In this document: positions 10,600 through 22,921 of the stretch, piece by piece
How the letters are laid out: every line of letters begins with the position of its first letter
How positions within the stretch are numbered: position 1 is the stretch's first letter
From: Tubulanus polymorphus
Lineage: Eukaryota > Animalia > Nemertea
Length of the DNA: 64,000 bases
Assembly: GCF_964204645.1 (NCBI RefSeq)
Contig: NC_134027.1
Coordinates: 19,864,560-19,928,559 of the forward strand
Direction: 5' to 3'
Made by a program: the position numbers and the translations under genes
The notes under the pieces: model-generated
Told to the model about the DNA's origin: nothing
Database searches by the model: none
Seen by the model: the letters and a program-made list of their open reading frames with translations, nothing else

Positions 10600-10865
10600 A
10601 GTAATAGGGATAATGGGCTTTCGGGTTAAAGGTTGAACGGGCGGGTGAGTAAAAATGAAAAACATAAAAATAATAACAATTTCTACTTGAATTAGGAGTG
10701 AAACTCATAAAATGAAAAATAAATTCGAGCGTGTGAGAATTTATTTTTCATTTTTATGAGTTTCGCGAGTAATTCAAGTAGAAATTGTTATTATTTTTAT
10801 GTTTTTCATTTTTTACGAGCTCGACCGTTCGACCTTTGATCTGAAAGCCCATTATCCCTATTACT
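10600..10865. repeat. About 266-bp imperfect palindrome in the terminal region of the viral element
   Basis: Arms AGTAATAGGGATAATGGGCTTTC...AAATAAATTC and GAATTTATTT...GAAAGCCCATTATCCCTATTACT around the loop GAGCGTGTGA (10727-10736). Confidence 0.9.
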
Positions 10866-12787
10866 AAACCAAATGATATTTTAATTTTCGTATAGTAATT
10901 ACAATTGGTCGTTTGATTCAATTGTTCATTTTCTTTAAAATAGAAACCCTTATAGAACTCAGATGGAAAATCCACTATGTTAATCCACTAGTTTAAGCAA
11001 GTTTCGTTTTATCTAAATAATATGTTCAGTGAGTTTCGATCACAATGAGTTAAATTAGATATGATTATCATTGTTATGAGTATGAGCCAATTAGATAAGA
11101 CTTATGATTGAACGTTCCGGTTTCATACAACAAAACAAATAGAATGGATATTCTATATCATGAAAATATATCAAATAATATGTGAAACATTTCACATTGA
11201 CACGATGCAGTGATATTAGTGAGCTATTTGTTCTATTGACGTTGACCATGAACATGAATGAATGAACTTGTACCAGCAGAACAATTTTTGTCAGAACAGT
11301 CTTTGAACAGTTGAGTTACCTCCAGTTGAAGAATTAACTTTAAAGTATTTGAAAAAATGGATTTTAACGCCTGATTCATAAGTCCTCATTTAATATCTTC
11401 TGATATCGGTCTCATAATCGGGCAACGCATATGGTATAGGAACAAACCTCACGGGTTTCAAAGTCCTGAAATAGGCTTTTGAGATCGGAATCGCTGTCGT
11501 CACATAATAGTGAAATCGATCAGTCTAATGCGACACAGATTAAAGGTATCGGTAATGAAAACTAGTGTATGAAAAATAGGGTGTGAGTGCTGACTCCTAC
11601 ACCCTAAATTCTAGTAAAGAAATTATTTTTTCATGTGGTCCAACCAGTATTTGATAAATCTATGCCAATGAACCTACAGAAAGATCGCATAGGAGACAGT
11701 TTAGGTGATGGTCTCACTGTATAAACTAATAGGGTTGCTCGTTCAGCCGCTCTCAAGTGCTCTCAAGAATACTTAGTTCTAATCCATCCCAAAGTAAATT
11801 GGGCCATTTCTATTTGAAGCCTTTTATCTTATACAAAAACAAGAGGATATCGCCATAGTTGCACCATGGGCTCGCTATAACAAAAACAACTGAGGAGGTC
11901 AATAGTCAACGGGATCCAATATCCAGTACTCTGCTTTGCAATTAAAATGGACCTACGAAAATCCGAATACATCTCTACATTTTGTTTCATGTCTTTCGAG
12001 AAAATAGAAAAAACCACACTATCAAAAACGATGATATCTAAAATGTGCAATGAACATCTTTAGGCAAATACTGACCTTCAAATTCAAAGATTGTATTTAT
12101 AGATTAATAATACACGATATACATTAATAGACATAATTTAGTTATCGAGCCCATTGCAGGTCTATGCAATCTGATATTATTTGAATATGTATTTATCGAG
12201 TAAGATAACGCATTAATACGGTTGTTGATTTATAAGCGTGAGTCTATCCGGGTAACGGGTAATAATCCGCCACATAAAAATCTAGCCCTTCCAAATTGAA
12301 TTTCATAACATGTTAATCGATGATTCTCATCTTGATTAAGAAAAACATTTATCGATGTTACTATTTCTAGTGAGCACTAGATGATCGACAGTAATCCCTT
12401 CAAAGTGTACTGCGAACGCTAGCGAAGCACACGAATCATTTTAAGGAATGATAACTTGAGGATATTTTGATTCTAGGAGTACGAGTTGTTGATTAGATTC
12501 GAACCTCAGCCCATAGAATAAGACAATTGGCTAATAAAGGTCACGTGAAAATGAATAATGTCTATCTGACATAAATTAAATGATTTTACATATATATATT
12601 CCTTAACACCGTTGTAAAAAATTTTATCTAAAAAATTTCTAAAATATTGCATGTTTCCACTGTTTCACAATCTCAGTATGCAATCCTAACTTCGAATTAA
12701 ATACTACGATCAGAATTACAATTTCATAACCTTGTTTATCGACTCTAGGTGACAGTGATCAAATGATAATTGAGAATAATAAAGAAT

Positions 12788-12817
12788 ATTGTTTCTGAAG
12801 TATACTTCAGAAACAAT
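12788..12817. repeat. Perfect 30-bp palindrome
   Basis: ATTGTTTCTGAAGTA|TACTTCAGAAACAAT. Confidence 0.85.
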
Positions 12818-14844
12818 TTTGCTAAGGGTATGCTTTTCGATTGAATTCGATTAATTCGCCATATAAAACAAAAGCGATCAGACCATTTAGTACCCCGATA
12901 ATACGGATTTAGGCACGGGTATTTGTGCGAGCATCATCATCTCCATATACATATGATAAATTATCGCTGGAGATTTATAATATAAGTCAAAGCACTGATG
13001 CAGCATTGTAGTAAAGATTGACTGTTTATTTCCTGACGCCCGTTATTGCCTATAGGCCTACACAAGATTGGAGATCAGATGAAATGTAGTCCTGTCATTC
13101 AACCAAACGGATATTTAATTAATTTCGTTAATAAAGAAGCAAACAAAACTAAAGAAATAAAATCATTTCTTTGACAGAATTTGAACGTGGACCTTGACTG
13201 CTTTGTTTTGCACACACCCAGCTACTAACAAAATAAACAACGGTCTGTATTGCCTATTGATTCATTGCGCATGCAGTGACGTCATTGTAGTGTATAATAC
13301 TATTTCTCGTGGTTTTTATTGGAGGTTGGAAAATAAATGCGCTTACACTCTGCAAATATGTTTTACACTCTATCAAGCATCAGAATTTGATAAAGTAACT
13401 TATCTATAATAATTGTGACTCTCATAATTACGGAACTTTGTTCCAGGTTTTGGAACCTAAAACTTCGATTGTTGTTATAAAAAGATGTATAGCGTACAAC
13501 CTACTGATTAATGAGGTTTCAATTTAGGTTTATATGTAGTGGACTTGACAATAGTAATATATAAGATAGAATAGTTTTTTGGGAGTTTTTCTTTATTTCT
13601 ACTTGATTTAAATTCGATTCCCTGGCAGGTTTAAAATGTTTAATGCCGCGTTAACTCTCAGGTCCGTAAATCAGAGTATTTGACCCTATTGGGCCATTAG
13701 AAAGACGGAAAATTATCGAAGGCTGGGATTCCGACATTCCATGTCAAAATGAGTTCCCGGAACTCACTGTTGCTGGGTTTCTGGAAACGCTCGCCACCGA
13801 GGATGAGAATTTGATTATACTGGTGTCCGTTTTGTGCAAATCAATGACATAATAACCCAACATCGCCTATTCTAAGCCGGCTTGAAAATGAGGTTAAGTG
13901 GTTCCCGTGGCTTCAATTCAAAGAAAACAGGTTTTCATCTACTTCAAATTTAAGCCGAAAACAGGGAAATTAACTGTATTTTCCTTATTTGTCGCATACA
14001 TGCTTAATTGGATTCATTGTTATCATGGGATGATAATTCACGAGCATCAAGAGTCCTACGATATACCCTTGATATGAAGCTTTTAAAAGTTTATCAGAGA
14101 CTTGTTGAACCGAATAGCCCTAAAATTCCAATTCCACATGGCTTAACGCTCGGTGTCTTTGCTCTGCGAGACAGTAGTAATGACACGACAAACGCACGAT
14201 TTAAGTATTTATTATACTTTCTTTCACTCCTCTATTATATTACATAACTGAGTAATTCTTACATCAGATAATACATAACTGAGTAATTCTTACATTAGCT
14301 TAATTACAGAGATGGAAAGAGGTCAGATGGCATGAAAATCGACTGTGGCTGACTATTTGAAGCGCGCAGATAAAGCGTTGAGGTTTCAAAAGATGTCGCC
14401 AAAATGCTTGTATCATCAGGGGTAGACAAATTATCCGAAGATAAATGAAAACTCCACCTTGTTGATTGTCAGTTGATTTAGCTGTAATTATTTCGTCTGG
14501 ATCAATCGACATATAATTCATTTCAAAATCTGTGTTCAGTAGAATTTCTTTCAATAAAATAGGAATCTATTTGACTAATTTTTTACTAATGTATTCAGGA
14601 GTGAATTTTAATTGATCTCAAAACCAAAGAAAGCATTCTTCAAAAATTTAGAAAATCCGAGACTCATAATGAATTCATTTAATAATTCAAAAAGTCATTT
14701 AAGGTCTTTTGCTCGAATCAAGCCAAGGGCTCAGGTGGCTAAAATCCAATTCCTCACTGTCCTATAATGCCGAGTACGACGGAGTTTACACACTGAAAAA
14801 CGTTGCGCTGTGTAAGTGTAATTTGAATAAGTCAGCAATATAAT

Positions 14845-15409
14845 GACGGCCCTGCCCCGCGCGCTCCATCTGAGACATAAACAAGTTGGACTGTATTGCT
14901 TCGATGCCTTAACAAATGTACTCCTAATATCCACATATTATCCAGCATAATGTTGACCCAGGTTGCGCTACTTGGCAATAGTCATATGTTATGGGCTAGA
15001 ATTATTTCGATGAAATCTTCGTACGCTTCCCAGTTCGACATATGAACCAATTAGGCAGAAAGCCGTTATCGCTGCTATGCAGCGGAAAAGTGGACGCCTC
15101 AAAATGGCGCCAGGTAACTGGAAACTTCCCTATAGCCTGCTGAGATCATCAGATTACTGCTTTTGTTGTAGACGGCCCTGCCCCGCGCGCTCCATCTGAG
15201 ACATAAACAAGTTGGACTGTATTGCTTCGATGCCTTAACAAATGTACTCCTAATATCCACATATTATCCAGCATAATGTTGACCCAGGTTGCGCTACTTG
15301 GCAATAGTCATATGTTATGGGCTAGAATTATTTCGATGAAATCTTCGTACGCTTCCCAGTTCGACATATGAACCAATTAGGCAGAAAGCCGTTATCGCTG
15401 CTATGCAGC
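14845..15409. repeat. Near-identical 239-bp direct duplication with templated filler
   Basis: 14845-15083 is repeated at 15171-15409. The spacer 15084-15153 copies 15657-15726. Confidence 0.9.
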
Positions 15410-15415
15410 TATATT

Positions 15416-15550
15416 TGTATATATGTTGTTTCATATCAAAGGTTGAAGGGTTGAGTGAATGAAATAAGAATAAATTCGAGCCGGCGAGAATTTATTTTCC
15501 ATTTTATGCGCTCGACCCTTCGACCTTCGGTATGAAACAACATATGTACA
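15416..15550. repeat. 135-bp hairpin related to the viral terminal palindrome
   Basis: Shares AAAGGTTGAA..., AATAAATTC-GAGC....GA-GAATTTATT and GCTCGACC.TTCGACCTT with 10600-10865. Confidence 0.8.
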
Positions 15551-15722
15551 GTTACTATTGAAGCATCTTTAAAAATTCCCAAAATAACTGAATTCCGTCT
15601 AAACCCTGAACAGTAAAAAAATGTATTCGTTTTCGAGTCCATGGACGGACGCCGGAGGAAAAGTGGACGCCTCAAAATGGCGCCAGGTAACTGGAAACTT
15701 CCCTATAGCCTGCTGAGATCAT

Positions 15723-18456
15723 CAGAGGCGGATCTAGGGGGTGAATAAGGTGGCTAGCCACCCCCTCAAAAGCCTTCCAAAAATTTTTTATAAGGTGCTT
15801 TTTCGTATAAATAGCCTTAGAAGATGAAATAAGAATGTTAGCTGCCTTAGAATCAGAACTAACAGTAGCGTTGCGACTAAAGATCAAGTAGCTCTTAATT
15901 TGTCAAAATGGTTATTTTGATCTCATTCAATAGTTTACTAACCCATAAAACAGTACAAAATGTTATTTTTTCAATAAACACAGAACTTTAATAGATATCT
16001 GAGTTTGAAAAATAGGCCCAAGTCGGATATAGCATAGTATAGTGCCTTGGCGTAGAGTTAATAAGTTGTGCGGTTAATTTATCAGCGCATTAATACATTG
16101 GCGCATGAATACATTGATAATTGGGTATTAATGCGCAGCAAAGGAACAGTTCATGTACAGGTTGACCGACGACTGGTGACAGTTTTGACTACTGTTGGCT
16201 GTTTGTTGGTGGCCCATTGGAGAGATGATAGAGTGCATATCTCACCCGCTGGTTGACGGTCGACGGATGACACGATGCAATGTTGTCGCCAATTTATGTA
16301 CAAGGATATGTACGATAGAGTGCATAGACCTATATCATCCGCTGGTTGACGGTCGACGACGGACGACACGTCGCAATGTTGTCGCCAATGTATGTACAAG
16401 GATCGTGGGTTGACTGGTTGACGGGTGACCACAAAACACAATCAAACAAGAGAAGTAAATAAACAACGTATTAATGTATTAGGTTTTCTTTACGAAATGA
16501 TTACACAATAAAATTTAGTTATCATCGTCATCGTTGTTATCAGTTTCGGCCTCAGTTTGCGCTGCCTGAGTCAGTATATCTCTCAGAAGCTCTATGTGAG
16601 GATGTTCAGCTATGCATAAGTCCATTAGTTGATTAGTTGGTCAGACACCCCAGGGGTATCCTAGAAGTTCGCGGTATAAGTGTCCTGATTTATTCCGATA
16701 CTTTTAAGCTGCGTCGCACCAGGTGCCAATGTCTCCGGTGCCGGTTTATGGAAAATGTGTCGAGTAGCGTTGCGCATTTTGCGGTTGGTATACTTACCGA
16801 ATCCCGCACTCTCTTGTGCTTGCAGTTCAACTGTAATTGAAATAACGCCGAAATAACGATACTGTGGTCAACATAATAATGTGGATAGCTTAGATTAATT
16901 GCGATTGTTGTAAAATGTAAAATAACAATCAATTTGAAGTAGCATAGCGTACCTATAATTTGTTGAGCTAGAGAGCCTTTTGTATGTCACTGTATTTGGC
17001 GGCTGTCGACTAAAGGGCCTGGTGTTTGGTCACGTGGTGTGTATGAGGTTAATATATCGTTAATAGTTAATTTGTTGGTTGGTAGATACGTCGACACGTT
17101 GACTGACACATGGAATGTTAATGGCTGGCGATGTGAATGTGTCGACATGCCAACTTTCTTTGGGATACACATAAACCGAACAACGCAGTAAGCATTCGCG
17201 GAGGAACTAAACTATGCAATACCCTACTTGAGCCGAAAAAGAAACTAACAGGTGCGTGAATTTCAGAGCGCGCACTGACTATTAGCTATGCGTGTGACGT
17301 CATTGGGTCGACGATGAATACACAGTACACTGTTAACACGTTAGTCAGTATAAGTTTTATTGGTTTCTAACATACTCATACTCTTACAATGTTAATATCT
17401 ATAAAAACATTTTCATGATGTTTGTGATTATTTATATATAATCAAGAAATTACTCAAATGTTTACCTTTAATCAGTGCAGTAGCGAGGTATTCGACAACA
17501 GGTTATAACACGACTACCAATATGAGTAAGTTTTAACCTTATCAGTAGAGTTTTCCCACTGAGATATGCCACTCCATACTGATGTTTGTACTATACACAA
17601 AAAGCAGGTCATGCAAGATTAACGGGGACAACTAAGACTTGGGGTACCATAAACACCTATATGTAAAAAGGAGTTCACGCTGATGGAAATACAGCGTATA
17701 AACCGTATTGCATCATCACCAGCGCCATCTACATGGGTATCAGATGAACTACGCGCTGTAAAAATGCCTTCAAATTTACACTTTTCAATCGTTCATATTT
17801 CAGTAATCCATCACTCATTATACAGCTAAAATTTCTCATGAAGGATTGTTAAGTATCAATGTAACATAATCTATTGTTAAAAACAAAAACTATTTAAGCG
17901 CTACTTGATCTTTAAATGTGTTACCTATTGTATGACGCTGTGTGCTACGAGCAATCATCGAGATGATTGCTCGTAGATAATCATCGAGATGATTGCTCGT
18001 AGATAAGTTAGTGTATCTCCAGCTGTTCCGCTAGGCCGTATATGTATCCGGTAAACGGTCGCAATTTTCCCAATCAAAACTCTTTGACTTTTTCCCCAAT
18101 CTGTGTCAAAAAATTCCCAAAACAGTACCATGACAAATTGTTAATTATGATCAATGCTTAAGAAATTACCTGCTTCCCCCAATAATCTCATTAAAGTTAT
18201 CAACACCTCATCCTGGCCACTACGGCTCAGCAGGTTGTCATAATTTCACGGAAACCATCGCATAAATGCTCTCAAATTCCACAATTTTCCCGATGATTTT
18301 TCAAAATTTTCTTAATGTTGAGGGGGACACCCCTTCGTGCCACTCCCTGTCTTGCGACCATTGGTCGCTCGGACCTCGCCGCTGTGTGGCTCGCTGGTCG
18401 CAGTCTCTTCATTATGTTTCTCGTCAGCCACCCCCAAAATCCTAGATCCGCCCCTG
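15723..18456. mobile_element. Non-autonomous hAT-like element with 5-bp TSD, containing a nested element
   Basis: Ends CAGAGGCGGATCTAGG...CCTAGATCCGCCCCTG with inner GGTGGCT/AGCCACC motifs, flanked by ATCAT on both sides. Confidence 0.55.
15881..17911. mobile_element. Kolobok-like non-autonomous DNA transposon (nested)
   Basis: TIR AGATCAAGTAGC(T/G)CTTAA at both ends; flanks CTAA and TTAA fit a TTAA target with RR..YY termini. Confidence 0.55.
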
Positions 18457-20222
18457 ATCATGATAGACTGATGGCCATTCACACGCTGATCAATCGTACT
18501 ATGGTATCAAACGCTTCTTTGGTAAGCGTGAGAGTAACAGTTTTCCAGGCCAAACACACAAAATATCGGTCGGTTTGCCCGGGTCAACAGTAATGTTATT
18601 GTGGCTTATGAAATTGTATCCAATCCGGCAATATAAATTAAAATCCCACGGATGGATCCGGAGTTAACCTGACCCACAACTGCGAATCCAGACCCAAGTT
18701 GAACCCAGTGGGACTGTCCCAAATTCAAATTGCTAGCTGGCCATAAAATTGTTTCCAGACTCAAATGGATACACACTGCGACACTGCGGATTTAGATCTA
18801 CACTGGATTTTTGAACCGATTCTTACGGTGTAACTAGATTCCAGAAAACGTTCAATATACAAAATAAGTAAGCTTTTACTTACTTCCTGTTCACATCAGC
18901 TTGTGGAATATGTGTATGGTATGTGTATGCGTATGTAAAACCGTAAAAAGATCCCATGACCTCAAATGATTAGCGAGTGCGCTGTGCGTACCGGTACATC
19001 GTTTTAGTGTCAACATAGTTATAACGGTAAACACCGTACGATCCACTGATAATATTCATATTAAATAGCTGCGAAACTGACATTATATTTACCGAAGCGC
19101 AATACTCCAATACTTGTTTATGTTAACAAAATACCTCGTCAAATATCGCTCGTGTGTATATTCATAGTTTTCTTTTACTTTATATCACGGCAGCTGTAGC
19201 ACGCATTATGAGTTTTCCGGTTTGCTCGGCTACCCGTACTGGCGGGGTAGTCTAGATAGGCAAATGAAAGCTCCGGTTTGCTGAACTACCCCTTTTATGC
19301 GGGAATGCGGTGTGATGTTTGATCTGACAGTTACAAGTGGTTAATGGGTGTTTCAAGACTGAGACGGCTTTTTCCAGGTATGGCATTTTTTCGGTTCCAC
19401 ATGTTCCATTTGAGCTATATACAATGGTGACAATGGTGACACCATGATGGTCAGTAACTGACCAATTGAGATATCACCGAATCTGAACACTTGAACACAC
19501 GAATTTCGGAAATTTTTCAAGTCATGTTTGTTTTCAAACTACTAATGAATCGTCATTGCAAATTAATCACTGACCATCACTGACCACCACAGACCAATTC
19601 AAATTTCTCGAATATGAGAACAAAATACCGCGTTATGGTGTCAAACTAGAAAGGATTCGCCATTGAAAATTCATGTATAAAAGCATTTGTTTATCGCTAG
19701 GTTTGATTTTGTTACACGTCACGAGTCCGATGGTTCACGAGTTGAGCTTATTAAACCTGCGCCTAGTTATCATATCTTGCCGGTGTGGGGAAAAGTCGTG
19801 CAACTAAACCCACAAAACTGTGGAACTGAGTCTTTATAAGTTGATTGAAAATAATGATAAATTGAACTTAAAAACCGTTTGATATATAGAGTTGATTGCA
19901 ATTACGTGGTACCGTACTGAATAATACATGGCACCAAATGAATTGATTCGTGAAAATAGATCATCGTCGCATTTATTATTGATAATGAATATACCCTCCT
20001 TGCGATCCAATTATTCCAAATTCACAAATGCATGAATTTTGCTTTTTGATCCAACACCGAAATTGCAAGTTGCATCATTAGGTAAAAATTGACGTGGAGC
20101 AACGCACGGTTTATGGAGTTTCGCACGAAATGTAAGTCCCTTTGTTAATGGTTTATATGAACATTGGACTTCCGTTCAGTGGATTTTTTTGAATCACAAA
20201 TTATCGAATTCTATCAAGCAAG

Positions 20223-21597
20223 ATGGCCTCACGGAATTCTATCAAATGCGTTGTGTTTTGTGTGGTGTGTATAATTTCACGATTGTTCACAATTCAAGTG
20301 GTAAGTGGTAAGTTGTACGTGAGTTCGCAGATACCAGCAGATCAGACACCATTCAAAACCCGTCCCTCGGAATCTTTAATCGATTGTGCAGTTTTATGTT
20401 CACAAGAATGGAATCTCTGTCTCGGAATACGTTTCGAAAACCCACGCATCTGTAAATTGTACAACTGGTTAGGGCCTAATGATGGATTCATGTCGCCTGG
20501 TGAGACGTTCGTCAAAGCAGATAAAGGTGCGCATATCAAGCAATCGGTTATCTTAACTTCAATCATGGGTTTTTTTTAAATTTACTCTAGATCCATTTCT
20601 ACAGCTGTGAGCTAAATTTTTCTCCCGGCCAAGTTCAAAAGTGTAGCCTTCATTTAACTCTGAAGCCATTTCCACAGCTGATGTGGGTTCAATTTTACTC
20701 AGGATCAACTTTAACAGTAGTGGATGGGCGCAGCAATTGAAATAATTCTTCCATTTCGTTACCTGTTTCTCGTTTCACGATCCACCGTTTTCGGCTAATG
20801 AAATAACTGTTCTTTTTTAGTAAAATTCTGCCCTGATGGATTCAAACAGGTTATCTATAACTGTTATAAAATGATTCTTGACCTGAAGTCATCAAACGAT
20901 GCACGTAACTATTGTTCCAGCATTGGGGCGAAACTGGCCGAACCGAGGACTAACGTTGACTTACGGGGTGTGAGAGCCTATCTAAAAAATAGATATTCAC
21001 AAGGTTAGAGGATCAAATTATTTTCCATACCTAAACACGTGTAGCCTATAAGACCTAATTCAAATTTTGCTTTCCATCAGTGTTCTGATTTAATTTGAAT
21101 CTGAACCCAAGTCAATTAACGGTTGAATTTTATTCTAGGCCCAGTTCCAGTTGTAGCTTTGATTCGGGTCAGCATTCCTGTTCTCCTTAAGTAAAATAAT
21201 TGTGATGTATCGCATATGATTCTAAGTATGGCAAATTATCTTACCCTCATTCAAGTCCTCTCCCGGCTACACCGATGCTTGAAAATCATTTTCTCAGTGA
21301 TTCATAAAAAAAGTTTTTTTTCAAGTGATTTGATCAAAAGAGTGGATCGAAAGAATATATTCAAAAAAAGAAGTGTCATTTTTTTCAGAACGACCGATCA
21401 TAGGTGGTCATGACACGCGGGTAAGCAACCCGGGTGGATCATGGGTCTGGTTGAGCGATAATTCATCTATTGCTTATCTAAACTGGACACACATTCAGAC
21501 GAAGACTTGTCTACAGATAGAATCAATGTTACAGAAACAGGTCTTAAACGCAGTTTCCTGCTCTCTGCCGTTTTCGTTCTTATGCGAAGCATTTTAG
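20223..21597 (+). CDS. Secreted PAN/apple + C-type lectin domain protein, 231 aa, 3 exons (20223-20526, 20821-21003, 21389-21597)
   Basis: GT-AG introns with matching phase 1. Signal-like N-terminus; SLIDCAVLCSQ...C.GI.F...CKLY (PAN); CPDGF....NCYK...DARNYCSSIGAKLAEP...IIGG.D...WVW.SD...NW...C...C..P.SFLCE (CTLD). Confidence 0.88.
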
Positions 21598-22500
21598 ATA
21601 AACGTGCATGCGGAAGCGTCCCGGGGACCTCGCTTCCATTAATAGTTTGTTCCATTAAGTCACTGGACTACTATGAATCTCCATAATGTAGCGCGGTAGT
21701 TCGACTGTAATCGTATAGCTGATTCATGTATTAGTACGATATCTCAATATTCATAATAGTCTAATTTGTTCCACCTGATGATAGCTGGTAGCCAAAAGCC
21801 AAAACGTTGCGGTTTCATGACAAATCTTATCGCAAAGAATTCGATCGTGGGATATTTCTTTATTTATGTTTAGATCAAGTAGGACCACAGTTATGATTCA
21901 AATCTGACTCTCGTGAATATTATGAATATCTATATCATGAAAAATTGACAAATTCTATCCTGAAAATAACTTAACTGAACTAATGCAACTGGATTCGAAT
22001 AATGAGAGTTTTTTTTCTACAATATAAATCATTTATCTATTTGTATTAATGTAGTCGACTGTGACGAATGTAGTCATTATATTGTGGTTTTAATGAATGG
22101 CTGTAAATCATTTATCAGGCCTGTATTAATGAATTAATTATATGAAATTACAAGGGACCATTCTCAATTAAGCTTATTTTTCACGAGGCGGGCGTTGGGC
22201 GTTGGCGGGTGTTCTATTCCAACCAAACGAAGCGGGAAACCCGGCCGCATTTTCACGATTGATTCCCACCTCTCTTAATACATCTCGAGATGCTTCACCA
22301 ATCTTTTTTTTCTCTATCAATTGTTTACATGTCATTTCCTGTCTGCATATTTACTTTTTCGTTTTTATTTCTTCCTCACACGTGACGAAAGTCTTCATTG
22401 AGAGACCGAAAATTCTTGTGTCGGTTTCAAATTTTCAATACCGTTTATGCAGCAAGAAAAATCGCTACACGTAACTGATTCGGGGAAAAACGGCTCCGTA

Positions 22501-22921
22501 TGGTGGCTGATAAGGGCCATAGGGTAAAATTCCTGGTATGCAAATCAGGGCGCCAGAACGCCAGAACGCCAAAACGAAAAAAAACGTCCAATTTTCTCTA
22601 AAAGTCAGTTTTGGCGCGCCGAAACAAAGAATATTCCGTTTTGGCGCCCCCGCCAAAAGGCGCCAAAACGAACTTTAATTTTGGCGCCCCCGCCAAAACA
22701 AAATTTCAACCACGTAAATTAGTTCTATATATGCAAATTTAAACCAATTAAACACACGCCAAAAACGCCAAATTGAAAAACAATTTTACCGTGGTTGAAT
22801 GTTTGTTTTGGCGGGGCGCCAAAAGGGAAATAACCACGTTTTTTCGTGTTGGCGTTCTGGCGTTTTTGGCCCCCTCCTTTCCATACCAGTAATTTTACGC
22901 TATAGCCCGAATCAGCCACCA
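22501..22921. mobile_element. MITE with about 40-bp TIRs and TA TSD (Tc1/mariner type)
   Basis: TA|TGGTGGCTGAT...CTGGTATG ... CATACCAG...ATCAGCCACCA|TA; internal (G)CGCCAAAA repeats on both strands. Confidence 0.7.

Larger units (their letters stand above)
1..10989 (-). mobile_element. Endogenous Polinton/Maverick-like DNA virus, right-hand part (truncated by the window edge)
   Basis: Dense, intronless, co-oriented and very AT-rich gene array with pPolB, penton-like and MCP-like genes. Gene density and composition change near 10.99 kb. Candidate terminus 5'-AGTGGATTAACATAGTGGATT on the minus strand fits the Polinton 5'-AG rule. The other end and any TSD are outside the window. Confidence 0.9.

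Noticed and set aside
10754-10975. 73-aa minus-strand ORF
   Set aside because: Overlaps the palindrome arm and terminal region, and lacks the TAAATG context.
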